From the sequence record DRR378314_919: a stretch of 43,058 nt of DNA; one strand, given 5' to 3'. Shown here in pieces: positions 1 through 8,418 of the stretch. The first letter of the stretch is position 1; each line of letters begins with the position of its first letter. The notes beneath the pieces were generated by a model. That model was not told where the DNA came from. It did no database searches and saw nothing but the letters and a program-made list of their open reading frames with translations. Made by a program: the position numbers and the translations under genes.

Positions 1-1
1 G

Positions 2-715
2 CGCGATATCGCGCAGGTGCCAGGCGACAGTGTCACTGCGTTACCAGACAGCGACGTACCAGAACAAGCGTATCTAGGTGTATTGGGCATGCCAGGTATG
101 ACGGCATGGACAGGCTTGAACCTTATCGCCGAGTGTAAGCCTAGCGACAATGTACTGGTAAGCGCTGCCAGTGGTGCTGTTGGTTCGCTTGCTGTACAGC
201 TGGCGAAAGCCAAAGGTTGCCACGTGGTTGGCATTGCTGGGGCTGCCCACAAACTTGCGTGGCTTGAATCATTGGGCGTTGAGCCGGTTAGCTACCAAGG
301 CCGAAGTGCACAGGAGCTCAGCGACGCTATTAAGCTTGCTAGCCCTAATGGCATTGACGTGTATTTTGAGAACGTTGGTGGTATCTGCTTAGAAGCAGCG
401 CTAAGTCAACTCAATGACGGTGCACGCATTGCTGTATGCGGCATGATTGACAGCTATAACGCCGAAGCACCGGCACCAGGGCCGAGCAACCTTTCCCAGT
501 TGGTGGTACGCAAAGCTAAGATGCAGGGATTTATTGTTGCCGATCACTGGTCTAGCTATCGCTACTTCCTCAACGAAGTCTCTCCTCAGGTAGCGAAAGG
601 CAATATAGCCTATAAAGAAACCGTCAAAGAGGGTCTTGAAAGCACACCGGATGCCTTTTTAGCGCTTTTTGAAGGGGGCAACACCGGCAAAATGCTGGTG
701 AAGCTCACTGACTAA
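2..715 (+). CDS. NADP-dependent oxidoreductase, CurA/YncB (prostaglandin reductase-like MDR) family; 5' end lies outside the window
   Basis: Motifs LGVLGMPGMTAW, VSAASGAVGS, GIDVYFENVGG, ARIAVCGMI and GGNTGKMLV. The frame is open from base 2 (RDIAQVPG...). Confidence 0.9.
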   Translation, partial: RDIAQVPGDSVTALPDSDVPEQAYLGVLGMPGMTAWTGLNLIAECKPSDNVLVSAASGAVGSLAVQLAKAKGCHVVGIAGAAHKLAWLESLGVEPVSYQGRSAQELSDAIKLASPNGIDVYFENVGGICLEAALSQLNDGARIAVCGMIDSYNAEAPAPGPSNLSQLVVRKAKMQGFIVADHWSSYRYFLNEVSPQVAKGNIAYKETVKEGLESTPDAFLALFEGGNTGKMLVKLTD

Positions 716-763
716 GACATGCTTGCGTTAATTTAAAGCCCCCCCACTTTTCGCCTCTCAATG

Positions 764-798
764 AAAAAGCCGCGCCACGGTAACAGGCGCGGCTTTTT
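764..798. terminator. Rho-independent terminator, probably bidirectional
   Basis: AAAAAGCCGCGCC-N9-GGCGCGGCTTTTT. Confidence 0.85.
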
Positions 799-843
799 GG
801 TTTGCAGCACTACTTAGCAAGCAAATGATTAGACCAAAAGTGA

Positions 844-907
844 ATTGATTATTAAAATTAACCATAATCAATGTGTGTTTTAACCCATCATCACTGCCAA
901 TGGGTTA
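844..907. promoter_or_regulatory. Two inverted repeats with 11-bp spacers upstream of gcd (candidate operators)
   Basis: ATTGATTAT-N11-ATAATCAAT (844-872) and TAACCCAT-N11-ATGGGTTA (881-907). Confidence 0.5.
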
Positions 908-980
908 GGGCACGTTGCAGATCTGTCGCTTTTCTAATTTTACCAAGCGGCTTCAATTCGTTGTTAATAGGGGTTTTCTC

Positions 981-3458
981 ATGGATGGACACACGCGTGC
1001 CCACGGCAAATGGCCAGCGCTACTGCTTGGCCTGCTACTCGCGGTAGCTGGTGTTGCACTGACCATTGGCGGCGCTAAGCTGCTTAGTTTAGGTGGTAGC
1101 GCTTACTACTTAATCGCTGGGGTCAGTATTTTTGTTGTCGGTGTACTGCTGGCAATGCGCAAAGGCATAGCCTTATGGCTTTATGCAGCGGTACTTTTTG
1201 CAACGCTGCTATGGGCACTCTGGGAAGTTGGCTTAGACTGGTGGCAGCTGGTCCCCAGGGTTGCCATTGTCTGTTTAATTGGCATCATTTTACTGCTTCC
1301 CTGGTGGCGAAAACCGCTACATTCACGCGGCGGCAGCCTAGCGCTAGTGGCAAGCATTGTCGCAGCGATTATTGTGGCAATTGCTAGTCAATTCACCTAT
1401 CCAGGTACTGTGGCAGGCACGATGGAGTCTGCCAATAATAAAGAGGTTAACCCAGCCCAGGCTGCAGGCGATGACTGGCCTGCCTACGGCGGCACTAATG
1501 CAGGGACGCACTACTCCTCGCTTAGTCAGATTACTCCCGACAATATAGGCGAATTGGAAGAGGTGTGGCGTATTCAAACCGGTGATGAACCCGGCCCCAA
1601 TGCACCGCCTGAAATCACCAACCAAAACACGCCGTTAAAGGTCAACGATAGCCTTTATATTTGTACATCGCACAGCCGTGCGATGGCACTGTCGCCCGAA
1701 ACCGGCGAGACTCTATGGGCGTTTGATCCCAACATTAGCACCATGGGCGCAGACGACTTTTCCGGCTGGGCACATATGACCTGCCGTGGCTTGGCGTATT
1801 ACGACGCGGCTAACTATTCCAGCAGCGCTGAAGATTCCACCACCGATAAACCAACGCTGTATGCCGATGGCAGTCAGTTTGAACTCGACCTCTCCTTCTC
1901 GCTCACCTCTGAAGAAGACTCAACTTCTGAGCTGTTAAGCGCCACCGATGTCATGTGCCCACGCAGGCTTTACCTACCCACCGCCGATGCCCGCCTGATT
2001 GCACTTAACGCCGATACCGGGGAGCGCTGTGAAAGTTTCGGCGAAAACGGTGAGATCGACCTGACGAACAATATTGGCGAGTTTAGCCCAGGAGGCTATT
2101 ACTCGACATCGCCTGCGACTGTCACTGAAGACTTAGTGATTTTGGGTGGCCACGTTACCGACAACAGCTCAACTGACGAACCCTCTGGCGTTATACGCGC
2201 CTTCGACGTACATACTGGCGAACTAGTGTGGAACTGGGACAGCGGCAACCCTGAAGACACCGCACCATTAGAAGAGGGCGAGACTTACACACGTAACTCA
2301 CCCAATGTGTGGGCGCCGATTAGCGTCGATGAGGAGCTTGGCCTCGTTTACCTGCCCATGGGTAACGCTACGCCAGACCAGTACGGCGCTAACCGCTCTG
2401 AAAATGATGAGACCTTTAGTGCCGGGCTAGTAGCGCTTAATTTGAACGACGGCCAGGTGGCCTGGGTGTACCAGTTTGTGCACCACGACTTGTGGGACAT
2501 GGACACACCTGCACAGCCCGTATTGATTGACTTAGCGACAGCAGATGGCACCCAGCCAGCCGTCATTCAGCCCACTAAACAGGGCAGCTTGTATGTATTA
2601 AACCGTGAGACCGGCGAGCCGATTGTGCCCATTGAAGAAGTGCCCGCTCCTCAAGGTGCTATTGAAGGCGACTGGACGGCAGAAACCCAACCTCGCTCAG
2701 CGCTGAATTTGCTACCACCGCCGCTTTCCGAGCGCGACATGTGGGGCGCATCACCCTTTGATCAGATGATGTGCCGCATCCAGTTCCGCTCGCTGCGCTA
2801 TGAAGGCCAGTACACACCGCCTTCGCTGGAAGGCAGCATTATCTATCCTGGCAACGTTGGGGTGATGAACTGGGGTGGTGTTGCGGTAGACCCAGAACGC
2901 CAAGCACTGTTTACCGGTGCGAAGTACTTAGCGTTTGTTTCCAAGCTAATTCCACGCGATGAAGTTGAGGATGGCCAAGGCTCTGCTAGCGAGCAAGGCC
3001 TGCAGCCCAACACGGGTGCCCCTTACGCAGTCGAACTCGGCCCGCTGCTGTCAGTACTCGGCCTTCCCTGCCAAGCGCCCTCCTGGGGGGATGTGGCAGG
3101 AATCGACCTGCAAAGTAACGAAGTTGTGTGGAAGCACCACAATGGCACCACCCGCGACAGCATGCCCTTTGATCTGCCGGTTGGTCTGAATGTCGGCGTC
3201 CCTGCGCTAGGCGGCCCGCTAACCACTGCGGGTGGCGTTTCCTTCCTAAGCGGCACGCTGGATCAATACCTGCGCGGCTACGACATCACCACTGGCGAAG
3301 AGCTGTATAAAGCTCGCTTACCTGCAGGTGGCCAAGCAACACCGATGACCTACACCGGTGCAGATGGCCGCCAATATGTGGTCGTTACCGCCGGTGGTCA
3401 CGGCACCTTCGGCACCAAAATGGGTGACTACGTGATTGGTTACGCTTTACCGGAATAG
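981..3458 (+). CDS. gcd: Membrane-bound PQQ-dependent glucose dehydrogenase (glucose/quinate/shikimate family)
   Basis: N-terminal TM helices; DWPAYGG, GWAHMTCRG, VHHDLWDMD, RLPAGGQATPMTY, AGGHGTFGTKMGDY. The ATG at 981 follows AGGGG and is preferred to the TTG at 915. Confidence 0.92.
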   Translation: MDGHTRAHGKWPALLLGLLLAVAGVALTIGGAKLLSLGGSAYYLIAGVSIFVVGVLLAMRKGIALWLYAAVLFATLLWALWEVGLDWWQLVPRVAIVCLIGIILLLPWWRKPLHSRGGSLALVASIVAAIIVAIASQFTYPGTVAGTMESANNKEVNPAQAAGDDWPAYGGTNAGTHYSSLSQITPDNIGELEEVWRIQTGDEPGPNAPPEITNQNTPLKVNDSLYICTSHSRAMALSPETGETLWAFDPNISTMGADDFSGWAHMTCRGLAYYDAANYSSSAEDSTTDKPTLYADGSQFELDLSFSLTSEEDSTSELLSATDVMCPRRLYLPTADARLIALNADTGERCESFGENGEIDLTNNIGEFSPGGYYSTSPATVTEDLVILGGHVTDNSSTDEPSGVIRAFDVHTGELVWNWDSGNPEDTAPLEEGETYTRNSPNVWAPISVDEELGLVYLPMGNATPDQYGANRSENDETFSAGLVALNLNDGQVAWVYQFVHHDLWDMDTPAQPVLIDLATADGTQPAVIQPTKQGSLYVLNRETGEPIVPIEEVPAPQGAIEGDWTAETQPRSALNLLPPPLSERDMWGASPFDQMMCRIQFRSLRYEGQYTPPSLEGSIIYPGNVGVMNWGGVAVDPERQALFTGAKYLAFVSKLIPRDEVEDGQGSASEQGLQPNTGAPYAVELGPLLSVLGLPCQAPSWGDVAGIDLQSNEVVWKHHNGTTRDSMPFDLPVGLNVGVPALGGPLTTAGGVSFLSGTLDQYLRGYDITTGEELYKARLPAGGQATPMTYTGADGRQYVVVTAGGHGTFGTKMGDYVIGYALPE

Positions 3459-3483
3459 CCATCACTTAGCGTAGCGACGAACG

Positions 3484-3518
3484 AAAACGGGCGACCCAAT
3501 GGGTCGCCCGTTTTTTTT
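3484..3518. terminator. Rho-independent terminator between convergent genes
   Basis: AAAACGGGCGACCC-AAT-GGGTCGCCCGTTTTTTTT. Confidence 0.9.
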
Positions 3519-3534
3519 GCTAGGGAGCCTCTGA

Positions 3535-5583
3535 TTAAAAACTCAGCTCCACGCCGCCATAAACACTTCGCCCTGGGGCTGGCTCATAAAAGCGGCCAAA
3601 GGTGCCGTTTAAGCGCACATTGGCATAGTGCTCTTCATCAAGCAGATTGCGCAGACCAAGATAAGCGCTTAGTCGCGTACCTTCACTTAGCTGCCAACCA
3701 TCACCTACCCGGAGGTTGAGCAGCCAATAGCTATCTACTTCCGTCGCATTAGCGTTATCCGCCACTAAATCACCGATGTATTCGGTTTCCAACGTGGCGA
3801 AACGCTGATCAAGGTTTTCCCAGGTCAATTGATTGACCCACGTCTGCTCTGGCAACCCAGGAATCCGGTTGCCATCAAAGCGTTCACTAGGTGTTGCAAA
3901 CTTGTCGAATTCATAACGCGCGAGGGTTAAAGCGCTATCCAGACGCCACTGGTCGGCAAGCTGCCAGCCCAGCGCCAGTTCTAGGCCATCGCGATTTGTG
4001 TCGCCTGCATTCTGATAGAAGGTACGGCCACCCTCATCATACGGCACCAGCTCATCGCGAACGCGGACCGAAAATAGTGCGAGATCGTAATCCATCGCCA
4101 ACGGCTCAATGTAGCCACGCAACCCGATTTCGCGATTCCATGCTTTTTGCGGCTCAACAACGGGGTTGAAACCACCGCCAGTCGGGTTGGCAAACTCAGA
4201 AAACGTGGGCGTCTCAAACGCGGTGCCGATATTAATATACGCTTGGTGCTGCGGACGATAGCGATAGCTTAGCCCCGCCGAGCCACTCCACTCGTTAAAG
4301 GTACGCTTTCCGCTTTGATCTCCGTCATCAAGAAACGTATCGTCGACGTCTAGCGCCACCCGGTCAAATCGCGCGCCCAACGAGAGCGAAAGCTGTTCCG
4401 ATAGCGCTAAATCCCCTTGGGCAAACACACCCGCGGACGTCGCCGTTTGGGTTTCATCCGCTAACTGCTCGCCGACAGTCCCTTGAGCATCGACATCGTT
4501 ACGAAAACGCTCATCTTCTTGGCGCGCCACATCCACCCCAACGATATAACTCAGCGGCAAGCTCCCTAACGCCACCTCATGATGATATTCAGCGCTTGCG
4601 CCCATATAGTCACGCTGATAGCCCAAACGACTACTGCCCACAAAAGGCAGTTGCTGTTCAAAATCACGCTGAGCAATAAAGCCTTTAAGATACAGCTCGC
4701 CATCACCCGCCGCTAAGTCCTCGTATTGCAGACCCAACAGCTGCTGATCGACGTTTTGACCAGCATCTAGCGCTAGCGAATTGGGCGCGGCCTGATCGCG
4801 CCCAGCGGCAACTTCACGGGCATTAAGTGCCCCTGGATCTTCCGAACGGGGATTCTCCAGCAGATTAATAATCGCGGTAACCGCCCGCCCACTGCCGAGT
4901 TCTCGACGCAACTTTGCATTCAGCAAATACTTCTCGGTTGAGCTTTGTTCACGATAACCATCAACGTTAAGCGCCGTCAGACTGATATGGTGCGACCAAT
5001 CGCCCCGAACGCCGCCATTTTGCAGTGCCACTTTTTGATAGCCATCACTACCTGCACCCATCCGCAGCCGTGTACCGGGGTTATCACGCCCATCGGCAGT
5101 GGTCACATCAATCACTCCACCCGCCGCATTACCGTAAAGCACTGAAGACGGCCCGCGAATCACCTCAATACGCTCGGCGCTGTCTAAATCAATGGCATCC
5201 AACTGCGCTTGACCATCCGGAAGTGTGTAAGGAATGCCATCTACCATAACGGTAATCCCACGCACACCAAATGGAGCACGTGCGCCAAAGCCGCGAATAG
5301 CAATGCGTTGCCCTTGGGCGAAGTTATCGCGGTTTTGTAAAAACACCCCCGGCACTCGGTTAAGCGCCTCATCCAACCTCACCCGCTGCTGACCTTGGGC
5401 AATTTCTTCACGTTGCAAGGTAGAAACGGCCGCTGGTGTGGCATACAGCTCGCGGGCTAAGCGCGGAGCGCTCACCTCTACTGTAGGCAGTACCGCATCT
5501 TCACTGCTGGGCGCCTGCGCCCACACAGGGCTGGCTAGAACAACGCTCGCGAGCAGCAGTGATGGCGGTAGATAGTGACTCAT
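3535..5583 (-). CDS. TonB-dependent receptor, YncD/PqqU (PQQ uptake)-like
   Basis: Signal peptide; plug motif QNRDNFAQGQRIAIRGFGARAPFGVRGI...DGIPYTLPDGQ resembling E. coli YncD/PqqU; C-terminal YEPAPGR...ELSF. Confidence 0.85.
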   Translation of the reverse strand: MSHYLPPSLLLASVVLASPVWAQAPSSEDAVLPTVEVSAPRLARELYATPAAVSTLQREEIAQGQQRVRLDEALNRVPGVFLQNRDNFAQGQRIAIRGFGARAPFGVRGITVMVDGIPYTLPDGQAQLDAIDLDSAERIEVIRGPSSVLYGNAAGGVIDVTTADGRDNPGTRLRMGAGSDGYQKVALQNGGVRGDWSHHISLTALNVDGYREQSSTEKYLLNAKLRRELGSGRAVTAIINLLENPRSEDPGALNAREVAAGRDQAAPNSLALDAGQNVDQQLLGLQYEDLAAGDGELYLKGFIAQRDFEQQLPFVGSSRLGYQRDYMGASAEYHHEVALGSLPLSYIVGVDVARQEDERFRNDVDAQGTVGEQLADETQTATSAGVFAQGDLALSEQLSLSLGARFDRVALDVDDTFLDDGDQSGKRTFNEWSGSAGLSYRYRPQHQAYINIGTAFETPTFSEFANPTGGGFNPVVEPQKAWNREIGLRGYIEPLAMDYDLALFSVRVRDELVPYDEGGRTFYQNAGDTNRDGLELALGWQLADQWRLDSALTLARYEFDKFATPSERFDGNRIPGLPEQTWVNQLTWENLDQRFATLETEYIGDLVADNANATEVDSYWLLNLRVGDGWQLSEGTRLSAYLGLRNLLDEEHYANVRLNGTFGRFYEPAPGRSVYGGVELSF

Positions 5584-5624
5584 GGCGTTCCTTATTCATC
5601 TGTAGTCGATGGGCTTTCGCAGCC

Positions 5625-5704
5625 CTAATTTCTTGAAGATCTAATTTCTTGAAGATCTAATTTTTTGAAAATCTAAGCTCTTGAAAACCTAAGTTCTTGA
5701 ATAC
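5625..5704. repeat. Five tandem copies of a 16-bp unit (CTAATTTCTTGAAGAT), progressively degenerate
   Basis: ctaatttcttgaagat x2, ctaattttttgaaaat, ctaagctcttgaaaac, ctaagttcttgaatac. Confidence 0.9.
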
Positions 5705-5937
5705 GCCTACCTAAGCAAGTGAACGATAACCCAAGCATGAGGTCTTATTTGAGTCGCACTGATTCACCAAACTTAATCATTGCGACTACGTTACGCTCAA
5801 TCGCTGAACCGCACTGTTGCTAAAAGGCCAGCATTAGCAATCAGCGCTAAAACCGTTATTGATATCTACATTCTAGAAACCCACGTTATTAACCTGTTCG
5901 TTATCAACCGACAGACTGTATAAGCAAAGGAGGCTGC

Positions 5938-6111
5938 ATGGCGTTTACCGCAACTGACCCGATCAAGATGATCTTTGCCATTCTTCTACCCCCACTAGGG
6001 GTGTTTTTTGAGGTCGGTTTCAAAGGGCATTTCTGGCTAAATATCATTCTCACGCTGTTTGGCTTTATTCCAGGCATCATTCACGCCTTCTATGTCATAT
6101 TGAAACACTAG
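5938..6111 (+). CDS. YqaE/Pmp3 family small membrane proteolipid (57 aa; absent from the ORF track)
   Basis: RBS AAGGAGG; MAFTATDPIKMIFAILLPPLGVFFEVGFKGHFWLNIILTLFGFIPGIIHAFYVILKH*, with the Pmp3 motifs AILLPPLGV and PGIIHA. Confidence 0.93.
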   Translation: MAFTATDPIKMIFAILLPPLGVFFEVGFKGHFWLNIILTLFGFIPGIIHAFYVILKH

Positions 6112-6150
6112 GTATATTGAAGCACCGATGCTCTTTTTTGCACCGATTTA

Positions 6151-6187
6151 ACAAACGCCGCCTTGACGAGCACAAGGCGGCGTTTGT
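6151..6187. terminator. Terminator hairpin between convergent genes
   Basis: ACAAACGCCGCCTTG-N7-CAAGGCGGCGTTTGT. Confidence 0.8.
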
Positions 6188-6262
6188 CTTTATGGGCCAT
6201 GCATTGCTCACCCAGTCTTGCCGGACAATTAATACCCAACCCTTCAAAACCCGGCCCTGACG

Positions 6263-6736
6263 TTATGCGTGCAAGCGGCGATGCAAGGCATGGACTTGCT
6301 CGTCCAGCCCAGGCACTGGGCCATCAACAGTCAAACCAGGTACCACCTCATTAATCGATAGCGGAGCGACAGGCGGTGGCGCTACGCCAAGTGCAGCCAA
6401 CCATACTCCCAACTGCTCAGAAGAACTGACGTAAACGATACGTCCTAGCCCTACCCACCCATGAGCCGCTGCACACATTGGACAGTGCTCTCCAGAGGTA
6501 TAGACAGTCGCTTTCGAGCGCTCTTCAGGCGTCATATGATTCGCTGCCCAGCGGGCCAGCGAAAACTCTGGATGCTGAGTAGAATCTCCACCGGCAATGC
6601 GATTACGGTCTTCGGCTAACACCTTACCTTCGGCATTTACCAGCACGCTACCAAATGGCTCATCCCCTGCATTTAAAGCCTCCTCTGCTAAAGCCACCGC
6701 GCGCTTTAGGTATGCCAATTCATGTTCGGCAATCAT
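6263..6736 (-). CDS. Zn-dependent nucleoside/nucleobase deaminase (cytidine/deoxycytidylate deaminase family)
   Basis: PFGSVLV, HPE and EHCPMC Zn-binding motifs; RBS GAGGAG. Confidence 0.88.
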   Translation of the reverse strand: MIAEHELAYLKRAVALAEEALNAGDEPFGSVLVNAEGKVLAEDRNRIAGGDSTQHPEFSLARWAANHMTPEERSKATVYTSGEHCPMCAAAHGWVGLGRIVYVSSSEQLGVWLAALGVAPPPVAPLSINEVVPGLTVDGPVPGLDEQVHALHRRLHA

Positions 6737-6921
6737 TGGATTCTCCTCGTTTTGATAACGTGCCTTACCGACAGGGTTGTCGTTTCAAAAGTGCTTCGCC
6801 AAAGATACCATTTTTAACATTGAAGGTCTGACTCACCGTAAAGCCCCCAAGCACCTGAAAAGTGGGGTGGAAGTAACCGCTGTCCTGACACCACCCCCCA
6901 GAAAATATTCATAAAAAAGCT

Positions 6922-6950
6922 TTGACCCGAAGAAAAAACCATGTCACTGT
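6922..6950 (+). promoter_or_regulatory. Putative sigma70 promoter of the cold-shock gene, implying a leader of about 145 nt
   Basis: TTGACC-N17-CACTGT with TG in the extended -10 position. Long 5' UTRs are typical of cspA-like genes. Confidence 0.45.
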
Positions 6951-7100
6951 AGCGTCAGTTGGTTAGCAAGCAGCATGGTTTCAGAAGTGTACGATCTATT
7001 TCGGCAGCCTGATATTGTATTCCTTGTTTCACCCGCTACTATTCATCTGGGTAATACCAGGAACTTTATTACGGCGCATTAGCGCGAAAGGATCTACATC

Positions 7101-7307
7101 ATGGCAACTGGCACAGTTAAATGGTTTAACGACACTAAAGGTTTTGGTTTCATCGCTCCTTCTGACGGCGGCGACGACCTTTTTGCTCACTTCTCTGAAA
7201 TTCAGTCTGACGGTTTCAAAACCCTTCAAGAAGGTGCTAACGTTTCTTTTGACGTTACCCAGGGTAAGAAAGGCCTTCAGGCTTCTAACATCAAGCAAAT
7301 GTCCTAA
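7101..7307 (+). CDS. Cold-shock protein, CspA family
   Basis: GTVKWFN, RNP1 KGFGFI and RNP2 LFAHFS. Confidence 0.97.
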   Translation: MATGTVKWFNDTKGFGFIAPSDGGDDLFAHFSEIQSDGFKTLQEGANVSFDVTQGKKGLQASNIKQMS

Positions 7308-7352
7308 GCCTTAACGGTTTAAGAATTTGCTCGAACCTTAACGGGTTCGGAT

Positions 7353-7380
7353 AACAAGGCCCGCTTATGCGGGCCTTGTT
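7353..7380. terminator. Terminator hairpin
   Basis: AACAAGGCCCGC-TTAT-GCGGGCCTTGTT. Confidence 0.8.
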
Positions 7381-7468
7381 GCGTTTGCGTATTGAAAATG
7401 AAAGACAAAATGAAAGACAGTTAGCATAAAGATGCAGAAAGAGAGTATGGTCGGATTTGTAACACCCC

Positions 7469-8332
7469 TTATTTACGCTCATACACCATTAGTTTAGCAT
7501 CTACCGTCAGGGTAAGCTCATCAAGTGCCGCTGCACGTGCTCGGCCTTCCTGACTGGCGCGGTATAGATGTGGCGTCATCGTTAATAGATCACCAATTAA
7601 TGCCTGCCCTTCCAGCGTTATTTGATAGTTAAGTGACTCTGTGTGCATCTGGATAAAGCCCTCAGGCACTACCCGTTCACTTGTCGTGTCTAGCTTAAGC
7701 GTGGGATAAATCACCTCCCTCAGCTCACGCAAGTGCCCCGCTCCTGCCTCAACCTGCACCAACAGGCCACCCGGCTTTAATACCCGCGCAAATTCGTGAT
7801 GCACTGGAAAACCAAACATACACAGCACACTGTCGAGCGTCTCCGCTTGAACTGGCAAGTGCGCATTGCTCCCGACAACCCAACGACAAAGCGGAGATTT
7901 TTTATCATCTTGTCTGGCCGCCGACAGCACTGCCCACTTGGAAATATCTAACCCCAGCAATGAAAGTGGCCGCGAATTCGATGCAGCACGAGATAGCTCA
8001 CGCAAGTAATAACCTTCACCGCAGCCAGCATCCAGGCAGCCAAATAGCGAGCTGGCAGATTGCGCATCAGCATGGCTTAACAGGTGTTTACTTACCGCCT
8101 GGGCAATGGACTGATAGTAACCAGCCTCAAGAAAACGCTGCCTTGCTGCCACCATCAGCTTACTGTCACCAGGATCAGCGGAACGCTTTTGCTGTACCGG
8201 AAGCAAGTTGACGTAACCTTGCTTAGCAACATCGAAGCTATGCCCAGCAGAGCAGCGCCAAGTACTGCCTGCCAGATGAAGCGGCTCGCCATCTAACGGA
8301 CAGGCTAGTAATTGAAAAGGAGTGCTATTCAT
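7469..8332 (-). CDS. rlmA: 23S rRNA m1G745 methyltransferase RlmA-like
   Basis: HSFDVAKQGYVNLLPVQQKRSADPGDS, LDAGCGEGYY, GLDISK, LLTMTPH. Confidence 0.85.
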   Translation of the reverse strand: MNSTPFQLLACPLDGEPLHLAGSTWRCSAGHSFDVAKQGYVNLLPVQQKRSADPGDSKLMVAARQRFLEAGYYQSIAQAVSKHLLSHADAQSASSLFGCLDAGCGEGYYLRELSRAASNSRPLSLLGLDISKWAVLSAARQDDKKSPLCRWVVGSNAHLPVQAETLDSVLCMFGFPVHHEFARVLKPGGLLVQVEAGAGHLRELREVIYPTLKLDTTSERVVPEGFIQMHTESLNYQITLEGQALIGDLLTMTPHLYRASQEGRARAAALDELTLTVDAKLMVYERK

Positions 8333-8418
8333 AAAAAATAATTCATAAAACAGTTAGGCCCATAAGTCAGTTCTTCACTGATTAAAAGACGCAAGGCCAT
8401 CATTGGCGGCCCACGTGG

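Noticed and set aside
845-871. TTGAT...ATCAA as an FNR/Anr site
   Set aside because: The half-sites are 17 bp apart, not 4.
915-980. N-terminal extension of Gcd from the TTG at 915
   Set aside because: The ATG at 981 has an RBS and gives a normal N-terminus. Similar over-long starts were trimmed for other genes, including the DMT, Aas-like, MscS, DUF4401, FecR, MFS, MFP and LysR genes.
5625-5704. Possible CRISPR array
   Set aside because: The units are contiguous 16-mers with no unique spacers, and there are no cas genes.
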